From positions 50,245 to 70,244 of the forward strand of contig CAYJRR010000007.1 of the NCBI GenBank assembly GCA_964372275.1: 20,000 bases of DNA. Direction: 5' to 3'. The notes under the pieces are model-generated. The model made no database searches. It was not told where the DNA came from and worked only from the letters and a program-made list of their open reading frames with translations. Shown piece by piece: positions 1-6,748 of the stretch; positions within the stretch are counted from its first letter, which is position 1; every line of letters begins with the position of its first letter. Source of the stretch: an uncultured bacterium (GTDB taxonomy: Bacteria > CAYJRR01). A program made the translations under genes and the position numbers.

Positions 1-23
1 ACCCTCGCCGCGCCCCAATTTTT

Positions 24-39
24 CTGAAGTTTCGTTCAG
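24..39. promoter_or_regulatory. Inverted repeat CTGAA-N6-TTCAG, candidate activator (bEBP) binding site
   Basis: CTGAA at 24-28 and TTCAG at 35-39, about 100 bp upstream of a sigma54-like element. Confidence 0.3.
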
Positions 40-70
40 TTGGCGCCTCTCGGGGCCGGCGCGTCAAAAA

Positions 71-83
71 TAAACTATTGATC
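71..83 (-). promoter_or_regulatory. Candidate IHF binding site
   Basis: Minus strand reads GATCAATAGTTTA vs consensus WATCAANNNNTTR (1 mismatch), inside an AT-rich patch with an adjacent A-tract at 86-90. Confidence 0.45.
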
Positions 84-136
84 TGAAAAAGCTTTCATGG
101 ATGATGCGGCCCCCTGGTGAGCGTCTATTCAGTGAG

Positions 137-152
137 TGGCCCGCCATTTGCT
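137..152 (+). promoter_or_regulatory. Candidate sigma54 (-24/-12) promoter
   Basis: TGGCCCGCCATTTGCT vs TGGCACG-N4-TTGCW; GG and GC separated by exactly 10 nt; upstream of GGAGG (172-176) and ATG 185. Confidence 0.6.
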
Positions 153-184
153 GGTCGACGCGCACGAACCCGGAGGCCACGCGC

Positions 185-1282
185 ATGAAGTCTCGAATCG
201 TCCTCGCTCTCGTCGCCGTCGTGGGCGCGCTCGCGACCGGATGCGGCTCGTCCCGGAGCTCGCACGGATCGAGCAACCCCGATCCGGATCCCACCCCGAC
301 GCCGCACCACACGCCGACGCCGACTCCGAACCCGACGCCGAACGGGACGCCGACCCCGGCCCCGACGCCGCCGCAGGTGACTTACACCGACAAGCTCCAC
401 GGAACCGTCCTGGTCGACGGGGTGCCGACCGCCGGCGTCTTCGTCGCGGCATGGGGACACAACGACCAGGGCTACTACACCACCACCACCGACAGCCTCG
501 GGATCTACGTCTTCACCGGTCTGCAGCCGACCGTCCTCTACAACGTGACGGCGAACGGCCACTACGACGCCGGGCAGTTCTACCGGGTGGACATCCACAA
601 GAGCTACTCGGTGCACGACAACGTGGCGTTGATCGCGGGGCCCGACGGCTGGCACGGCGAGGACTTCTCGCTCTCGACGCATTTCGCCAACCGGCTCCAC
701 GGGACGGTGCTGGTCAACGGCGTTCCCCAGCCGGGCATCGCCGTGTCCGCATGGGGGAAGGACCACGGCGACTTCCACCAGACGACGACGGACAGCCTCG
801 GGATCTACGAATTCGAAAACCTCCACGACCTGTCGCTCTACAACGTCGTGGTCAATGCCCAGTACCAGGTCGGCCAGTACGTCACCCTCGACGAGAAGTA
901 CGACTACGAGGTGCGCAACAACGTGCAGCTCGTCGCGGGACCCGATGCCTGGCACGGCGAGAACTTCGACGTGGCGCTGCTGCTCGCCGACCGTCTCCAC
1001 GGGACGGTGCACATGGGCGGCGCGGCGATCGGCGGGATGCAGGTGACGGCGTGGGGCCACGACGGCGGCGACTTCCACCTCACCACCACCGACGGCGCCG
1101 GGATCTACGAGTTCCACGGCCTGAACCCCTACTCCCGCTACAACGTGGTGGTGAACGGCGACTGGAACGGCGGCGGCTTCGATCCGCACGACGACGCCTA
1201 CGGATACCGGGTGCGCGACAACGTAGACCTCACCGCCGGCCCCGACGCCTGGCACGGCGAGGACTTCGACTTCGCCGAGTAG
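185..1282 (+). CDS. Lipoprotein with Pro/Thr linker and three tandem 100-aa beta-rich domains (carboxypeptidase-regulatory/transthyretin-like fold suspected)
   Basis: ATG 185 after GGAGG; signal MKSRIVLALVAVVGALATG-C; PT-rich linker; each repeat has HGTV...G..V.A...TTTD..GIY.F..L...YNV. Confidence 0.85.
   Translation: MKSRIVLALVAVVGALATGCGSSRSSHGSSNPDPDPTPTPHHTPTPTPNPTPNGTPTPAPTPPQVTYTDKLHGTVLVDGVPTAGVFVAAWGHNDQGYYTTTTDSLGIYVFTGLQPTVLYNVTANGHYDAGQFYRVDIHKSYSVHDNVALIAGPDGWHGEDFSLSTHFANRLHGTVLVNGVPQPGIAVSAWGKDHGDFHQTTTDSLGIYEFENLHDLSLYNVVVNAQYQVGQYVTLDEKYDYEVRNNVQLVAGPDAWHGENFDVALLLADRLHGTVHMGGAAIGGMQVTAWGHDGGDFHLTTTDGAGIYEFHGLNPYSRYNVVVNGDWNGGGFDPHDDAYGYRVRDNVDLTAGPDAWHGEDFDFAE
389..1276 (+). 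repeat. Three intragenic tandem repeats with exact 300-nt period
   Basis: CTCCACGG at 395, 695, 995; GGCACGGCGAG at 651, 951, 1251. Confidence 0.95.
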
Positions 1283-1300
1283 CGGTCCGCGCGTCGCGCA

Positions 1301-1322
1301 CCGTGGGGGACTCCCCCGGTTT
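1301..1322. terminator. Possible weak hairpin terminator between convergent genes
   Basis: GGGGG-ACT-CCCCC stem followed by GGTTT, in the 42-bp gap between two stop codons. Confidence 0.3.
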
Positions 1323-1324
1323 CC

Positions 1325-2071
1325 CTAACGCTCGAGGAGGCCGGTGACCGCCATCAGCCGGTGGTCCGGCCCCTCGACGCTCGGCGTGCTCACGTCGAGG
1401 AAGACGACGATCGACCCTTCGACCGGCCGCGCCGGATCGCGCTCCGGAAGGACGTAGACCTCCTGGACCCGGTAGGCGATCGGGCAGCCGCGCGAGGCGG
1501 GGACCGTCCGGTCCGCCTGAAGAACGCGCCGGCGCTTCCGCTTGTGGTCGACGAGCGTCACCTCCACGCGGAAGAACGGGCCGGTCATCGAGGCGCAGTG
1601 GGCGGGGGTGACGGCCGTCTTCCGCAGCGTCACCTCGTAGTCGCGGAAGCGGCCGAAGGGGACCGGCGCCGTGTCGAAGCGCGCCGACGGGGCCGCGGGT
1701 CCGAGGTCGGTGAGCGGACGCGAATAGACGCGCCGGCCGAGTCGGCCCGGCCGGATGCCGTGGCTCGCCAGCAGGTCCTGCGCGCGTTCACGACCCGCCC
1801 AGCGGGCCTCCTCGGCCTCGCCGCCGGGGAGCGAGAACCGGAGCGCCGTTCCGAGGTAGGCGTTCGCCGCCACGTCGACCACGTAGAGCTCGGCGAACGC
1901 CTCGCCGCTCCCCGCCATCACCCCGAACTGCTGGAAGGCGAAGCGCCGGCCGTCGTCGGAAAAGCCGATCGGATCGAGCTCGCGCACCGTTCCGGCGGAC
2001 ACCGTCCCGGCCGCGACGGTAAGCAGCAGGATCGCGAGGAGTCCGATCGCCGACGTCCGCCGCGCGCGCAT
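1325..2071 (-). CDS. DUF2259-like predicted secreted protein
   Basis: Likely ATG 2071 gives a signal peptide (MRARRTSAIGLLAILLLTVAAGTVSA); motifs IGFSDDGRRFAFQQFG...GSG.AFA.LYVVD and VPASRGCPIAYR recall DUF2259. Confidence 0.75.
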   Translation of the reverse strand: MRARRTSAIGLLAILLLTVAAGTVSAGTVRELDPIGFSDDGRRFAFQQFGVMAGSGEAFAELYVVDVAANAYLGTALRFSLPGGEAEEARWAGRERAQDLLASHGIRPGRLGRRVYSRPLTDLGPAAPSARFDTAPVPFGRFRDYEVTLRKTAVTPAHCASMTGPFFRVEVTLVDHKRKRRRVLQADRTVPASRGCPIAYRVQEVYVLPERDPARPVEGSIVVFLDVSTPSVEGPDHRLMAVTGLLER

Positions 2072-2255
2072 CGTCGAGGCGCAGCATACCGCGCTGGATT
2101 GCCCGTGGGACATCTGGCGCCCGAACGGGGCGGTTTGCTGGTGACAACACAGGCCATCGGACCCCCGGCTCACCGGCTGCGACGGGGGCGGTTCGGTGGT
2201 CGATCTGCCGAGGGAAATCGAGGCCTTCCGGCGGCGCGCCGGCGTGCGCCCGGAT

Positions 2256-2271
2256 TGGCAGCCTCCGTGCA
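2256..2271 (+). promoter_or_regulatory. Second candidate sigma54 promoter
   Basis: TGGCAGCCTCCGTGCA with GG-N10-GC spacing, 36 nt upstream of GTG 2308. Confidence 0.4.
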
Positions 2272-2307
2272 CATCCCCTCCGCGCTCGAACGAAAGGACG
2301 AACGACC

Positions 2308-2856
2308 GTGAACAAGATCCGATTCGCCTTCGTGGCCTTCCTCTCCAGCTTCGCGCTCGTCGTCGCCTGCGGCGGCGTCGACTCCGGCAAGAAGGCGGCG
2401 AGCGAGGACGAGGAGGAGACGACCTCCGACGACGACGACGACCTCGGCGAGGAGGAGGGCGGGGACGACCTTCCGGACGACGACGACGTCCCGCCGCCGG
2501 CCGAGCCCGACGACGAGATGGCGAACGCCACCCCGCTCACCGGCACCGGCGCCATCACCTTCAGCGGCCAATGCCTCGGCGATGACGACCGCGACTACTT
2601 CGCCTTCACCACCGGCGTCGGACAGATCCAGGCGACGCTCACCTGGACGGAAGGAACCGGCAACGAAGACGTCGATCTCTACATCTTCAACGACGACTAC
2701 TCGATCGACGGATACGACATCGCGATCCCGCCGGGCGACAGCCCCGCGGAGGTGACGACCCAAGCGGCGGCCGCCGGTCCGGTCTTCCTCGAGGTGAGCT
2801 GCTACTTCGTCACCACCCCGAATCTCGCCTACAGCGGAACGCTGACGATCCCCTAG
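2308..2856 (+). CDS. Acidic lipoprotein with one PPC (pre-peptidase C-terminal)-like domain
   Basis: GTG start after AAAGGA; lipobox LVVA-C; Asp/Glu-rich linker; EPDD...A..L...GDDDRDYF...DVDLYIF motifs. Confidence 0.8.
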   Translation: MNKIRFAFVAFLSSFALVVACGGVDSGKKAASEDEEETTSDDDDDLGEEEGGDDLPDDDDVPPPAEPDDEMANATPLTGTGAITFSGQCLGDDDRDYFAFTTGVGQIQATLTWTEGTGNEDVDLYIFNDDYSIDGYDIAIPPGDSPAEVTTQAAAAGPVFLEVSCYFVTTPNLAYSGTLTIP

Positions 2857-3512
2857 ATCCGCAGGCCGTCGAGCACGAGCGAGATCAGCGCGTCGGGGAC
2901 GGCGGCCAGATCGCCGAGGTCGCGGCCGCCCAGCACTTCGAAAAGGAGCTTCTCGACGCTGCCGACGACCGACAGCGCGCTCACGCGCGGATCGATCGGC
3001 CGGAGCAGGCGGTGGCGGTGCGCGACGTGCGTCAGCTCGATCGCCGCATCCGTCACGCGCTCGGCGAGCGCGCAGACCGGCCGGCGATCGCGCGTGGCGG
3101 GCGCGCGGGACTCCTGCAGGTAGAGCCGCACCTCGCCGAGCCTCTGGAAGATCGCGCCGGCGAGCCCCTCCGAAAGCCGGCGGTAGGCGGCGGAGAGGCT
3201 CTCCGGGGTCGAGGCCGCGGCCAGATCGCGCGCGCACGCGGCGAAGTGGCGCTCGACCTCCGCCGAAACGGGCGCGAACAGCGCCTCGACCAGCGCCGCC
3301 TTGTCGTCGAAGTAGCGGTAGAAGCTCCCCTTGGCGATCCCGGCCCGTCGCACGATTTCGTCGATCGTCACCCCTTCGATCCCGCGCTCGAGGAACAACG
3401 GGAGCGCGGAGTCGAGCAGCTTCCGGGTCTGGAGCCGCCGGTTCTCGAATCGGGTGCCACCCGGCGCCCCGGGCCGGGCCGGCCGGCTTGTCTTCTTCGT
3501 TGACGTGCGCAT
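2853..3512 (-). CDS. TetR/AcrR-family transcriptional regulator
   Basis: LLDSALPLFLERGIEGVTIDEIVRRAGIAKGSFYRYFDDKAAL is a canonical TetR HTH. Confidence 0.95.
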   Translation of the reverse strand: MRTSTKKTSRPARPGAPGGTRFENRRLQTRKLLDSALPLFLERGIEGVTIDEIVRRAGIAKGSFYRYFDDKAALVEALFAPVSAEVERHFAACARDLAAASTPESLSAAYRRLSEGLAGAIFQRLGEVRLYLQESRAPATRDRRPVCALAERVTDAAIELTHVAHRHRLLRPIDPRVSALSVVGSVEKLLFEVLGGRDLGDLAAVPDALISLVLDGLRI

Positions 3513-3521
3513 CGAAATATG

Positions 3522-3535
3522 TGACTACTTGGTCA
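3522..3535. promoter_or_regulatory. Candidate TetR operator TGAC-N6-GTCA
   Basis: TGACTACTTGGTCA in the 53-bp gap between divergent tetR and desaturase starts. Confidence 0.6.
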
Positions 3536-3565
3536 TCATTTTGCCCGGAGCGTGCCGCCGTGTCG

Positions 3566-4150
3566 ATGGCCTCTCAACTGCTGATCCACTTCCCGATCGG
3601 GCTCCTCTCGTCCAACGCCGCCGAGTGGGTGATCCACAAGTACGTCCTCCACGGATGGGGGAAGCGCCGGAGCAGTTTCTGGAGCTTCCATTGGTACGAA
3701 CATCACCACAACGCGCGCCGGTTCCAGATGAGCGACCCCGCCTACCAGAGCCACAGTCTGCTCCGGTGGAACTCCCGAACCAAGGAGGCGGTGGCGTTGC
3801 TCCTCCCGGCGGTCTTGATGATCCTCCTCTTTCCGCGGCACCCCGGCTTTGCCGCCGGAGGGATGGTGAGCATCGTCGCCTACTACGTCTGCCACCGTCG
3901 ATCGCACGCCCATCCCGACTGGGGCCGGCGGCGCCTGCCGTGGCACGTCGACCATCATCTCGGTCCGAACCAGGACGCGAACTGGTGCGTCACCTTTCCG
4001 CTGTTCGATTGGATCCTCGGCACGCGCGAACCGTACGTCGGCACCGAGCGTGAACGCGCCGACCTCGAACGCCGGGACCGCCGGGAGCGGGTCGAGCGTG
4101 ACGTGCGGCCCGGTCACGGTGTGCGGATCGTGACCTCACCGATCCAATAG
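3566..4150 (+). CDS. Fatty acid hydroxylase / sterol desaturase family membrane protein
   Basis: His boxes EWVIHKYVLH, HWYEHHH, YYVCHRRSH, WHVDHH; C-terminal NWCVTFPLFDWILGT; likely start ATG 3566. Confidence 0.88.
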   Translation: MASQLLIHFPIGLLSSNAAEWVIHKYVLHGWGKRRSSFWSFHWYEHHHNARRFQMSDPAYQSHSLLRWNSRTKEAVALLLPAVLMILLFPRHPGFAAGGMVSIVAYYVCHRRSHAHPDWGRRRLPWHVDHHLGPNQDANWCVTFPLFDWILGTREPYVGTERERADLERRDRRERVERDVRPGHGVRIVTSPIQ

Positions 4151-4294
4151 TGGCCCACAGAGGGCGATCAGTGCGCCACGAGTCACTGTTTTTGTAGATA
4201 ACTTCCGATTCAAATTAGCTGCGAACAGATGGCGCGCCTCGTGGCAAAATGGGCGAAGCGTTTCGTACGTGCGCGCTCGAGGGGGGGGCGAACC

Positions 4295-5338
4295 ATGACC
4301 GGACGGCGGACACGTTGTGGCATCGGGGCGTTCGTGGCGGTTCTCGGGATCGGATGCGACGAGCCCCAAGACGATGCGGAGGTGGAGGCCGACGCCGTGG
4401 AGTTCGCCGGTTCTGCGTCCGTCGTCTCCGGGGCGGCGTTTTCCGGCTCCTACAAGATGTACTGCGTCACGTTCGCCGATCCGCCGGCCGCCATGTTCGA
4501 CGACCTCGGCGAGGACGGCTCCTTCTCGCTCGAGGTTCCGAGCAACACGTCGTTCGGTTGCTTCATCAACGACGAGAACAACGTCCCGGCCTGCGTGATC
4601 CGGGTCGTCGACGACACCTCGACCGGCCTGTCCGGCGAATCGGCCCAGGCCAACACCATCAGCCTGTCGGGCGATGTCGAACTGGAGAGCGAAATCCAGT
4701 GCGATCCGGCGAGCGGCGTGGCGACGATCCCGCTGTCGGAGCTGCAGTCGTCGATGGGGGAGACGACGGAGTTCGATCTCTCCGCGGTGCACGACCGGAC
4801 GTTCGAAATGGACTGCCTCCAGGCGACCGGGTTCGACCAGGAGGGGGACCTCTGTGCGATGATCGACGAAACCGGCAACCCGGTCTTCTTCCGGATACTC
4901 GAAGGAACCTACGACGGAGATCCGGTGACGGCGATGGGAGTGTGGGGGGCAGAGACCGACTTCACCGGATGCGATTCGATCGACGTCGACCCTGTCCGGA
5001 TGGGTCTCGCCGGGGATCTCGTTCTTTCGCAGGGGAACGAAGGTACCTGGACCTTCGACGACACCTGCCCCCAAGGCTACGCCGACGAGTCGAGCCGCCT
5101 ACGTCCGATGGGGCTGTACGCCCTCGAGTTGCTGACCAACGTCGGTGGGATGTGGAACATGACCGACACCTACTCCGGCGACTACGAATCGTGCAGCTGG
5201 CGCCAGACGATGTCGGTCGCGTTCGGCCCCGGTGACGACCGGTTCGCGATGATCGGCAACTTCCAGCTCGAGTTCGTCGACACCTGCTCGGACATGAACA
5301 TGTCCGGGTCGGTCGTGATCGGTTTCTACGAGCCCTGA
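4295..5338 (+). CDS. Hypothetical Cys-rich acidic lipoprotein
   Basis: ATG 4295 after GAGGGGGGG; lipobox LGIG-C; many Cys residues; coding-like GC3 pattern; no family recognised. Confidence 0.75.
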   Translation: MTGRRTRCGIGAFVAVLGIGCDEPQDDAEVEADAVEFAGSASVVSGAAFSGSYKMYCVTFADPPAAMFDDLGEDGSFSLEVPSNTSFGCFINDENNVPACVIRVVDDTSTGLSGESAQANTISLSGDVELESEIQCDPASGVATIPLSELQSSMGETTEFDLSAVHDRTFEMDCLQATGFDQEGDLCAMIDETGNPVFFRILEGTYDGDPVTAMGVWGAETDFTGCDSIDVDPVRMGLAGDLVLSQGNEGTWTFDDTCPQGYADESSRLRPMGLYALELLTNVGGMWNMTDTYSGDYESCSWRQTMSVAFGPGDDRFAMIGNFQLEFVDTCSDMNMSGSVVIGFYEP

Positions 5339-5413
5339 AATCCGTACGGGGGATCGCCCGCGGAGGCTCGACCTCGACCGGTCGCCGTGTTACAGGCGGC
5401 CGGAAGAGGCCGC

Positions 5414-6748
5414 ATGGCGCAGGATTCGATCACCACCCTCGAGCCCGGTCTCACGCTGCAGGAGCTGCGTGAGATCTGGTCGATCCTCGACGTCGAGGAG
5501 CGCGCGCACGGCCTGTCGCTGCTGCCGCGCCCCGACGCCGAGGAGCTGTTCCTCGAGCTGGGTGCGGCGGAGCAGGCGGCCCTGCTGCGCATCTGGTCGC
5601 CGGTGGAGCGGCGGTCGTGGATCCGGCTTCTTCCCCCGGACGACGTCGCCGACGTCCTGCAGGAGGTTCCCCCCGAGGAGCGCGCGCCGCTGCTCGGACT
5701 GCTCGACGTTCCCACCCGCAACGAGGTCGCAGGCCTGTTCGCCTACGTGGAGGACCAGGCCGGCGGCCTGATGAGCACCCGCTTCGCGCGGGTGCGGCCC
5801 GACGTGACGGTCGACGAGGCGATCGCCTACCTGCGGAAACAGGCGCGGGAACGGCCGGAAACGGTCTACTACGCCTACGTCCTGGACGAGGCGCAGCGGC
5901 TGCTCGGCGTCGTCTCCCTTTCCGACCTGTTCAACGCCGCGGGGGACAAGCGGGTTCGCGAGGTCATGACGACCGAGGTGGAGACCGTCTCCGAAGGGGA
6001 GGACCAGGAGGAGGTCGCGCGGCGCTTCGCCCGCACCGACCTGATCGCCATCCCCGTGGTGGACGGCGAACGGCGCGTGAAGGGGATCGTCACCATCGAC
6101 GACGTCGTCGACGTCGTGCAGGAGGAGGCGACGGAGGACGTCCACAAGTTCGGCGGCATGGAATCGCTGGAGGAGCCGTACCTCCGGTCGTCGTTCCTCC
6201 CGATGATCCGCAAGCGCGGGGGCTGGCTGGCGGCGCTGCTCCTCGGCGAGATGCTGACCACCACGGTGATGGCGCGATTCGAGGACGAGATCGCGAAGGC
6301 GGTGGTGCTGGCGATGTTCGTGCCGCTGATCATCAGCAGCGGCGGGAACTCCGGCTCGCAGGCCTCGACGCTGGTGATCCGCGCCATGGCGCTGGCCGAG
6401 GTGCGGCTGCGCGACTGGTGGCGCGTGGTGCGGCGGGAGATCGCGTCGGGGCTGGTGCTCGGCACACTTCTCGGCACGCTCGGCTTCCTGCGGGTCGTCG
6501 TCTGGCAGTCGATCTCCCCCATCTACGGCGAGCACTACCTCGGCGTGGCAATCACCGTCTTCGTCAGCCTGGTGGGCGTGGTGACGATCGGAACGATCTC
6601 CGGCTCGATGCTCCCCTTCGTGCTCAAGCGCCTCGGCTTCGACCCCGCGAGCGCCTCCGCCCCGTTCGTCGCCACGCTGGTCGACGTCTCCGGGCTCGTC
6701 ATCTACTTCACCGTCGCCTCCGCGATCCTGGCCGGTAGCCTCCTGTGA
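5414..6748 (+). CDS. mgtE: Magnesium transporter MgtE
   Basis: N-domain, CBS pair (AGGLM...YYAYVLD...GIVTIDD), membrane motifs PLIISSGGNSGSQ and DPASASAPFVATLVD. Confidence 0.97.
   Translation: MAQDSITTLEPGLTLQELREIWSILDVEERAHGLSLLPRPDAEELFLELGAAEQAALLRIWSPVERRSWIRLLPPDDVADVLQEVPPEERAPLLGLLDVPTRNEVAGLFAYVEDQAGGLMSTRFARVRPDVTVDEAIAYLRKQARERPETVYYAYVLDEAQRLLGVVSLSDLFNAAGDKRVREVMTTEVETVSEGEDQEEVARRFARTDLIAIPVVDGERRVKGIVTIDDVVDVVQEEATEDVHKFGGMESLEEPYLRSSFLPMIRKRGGWLAALLLGEMLTTTVMARFEDEIAKAVVLAMFVPLIISSGGNSGSQASTLVIRAMALAEVRLRDWWRVVRREIASGLVLGTLLGTLGFLRVVVWQSISPIYGEHYLGVAITVFVSLVGVVTIGTISGSMLPFVLKRLGFDPASASAPFVATLVDVSGLVIYFTVASAILAGSLL

Noticed and set aside
279-375. Short CCGAC(G/C/T)-type tandem repeats
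   Set aside because: They encode the Pro-Thr/Asp/Asn linker of the lipoprotein; not a CRISPR array or independent repeat.
389-1276. 300-nt repeats as a DGR template/variable repeat pair
   Set aside because: Differences are not adenine-specific, all copies are in frame in one gene, and there is no reverse transcriptase.
4230-4246. sigma54-like TGGCGCGCCTCGTGGCA upstream of 4295
   Set aside because: GG-to-GC spacing is 11 rather than the required 10.
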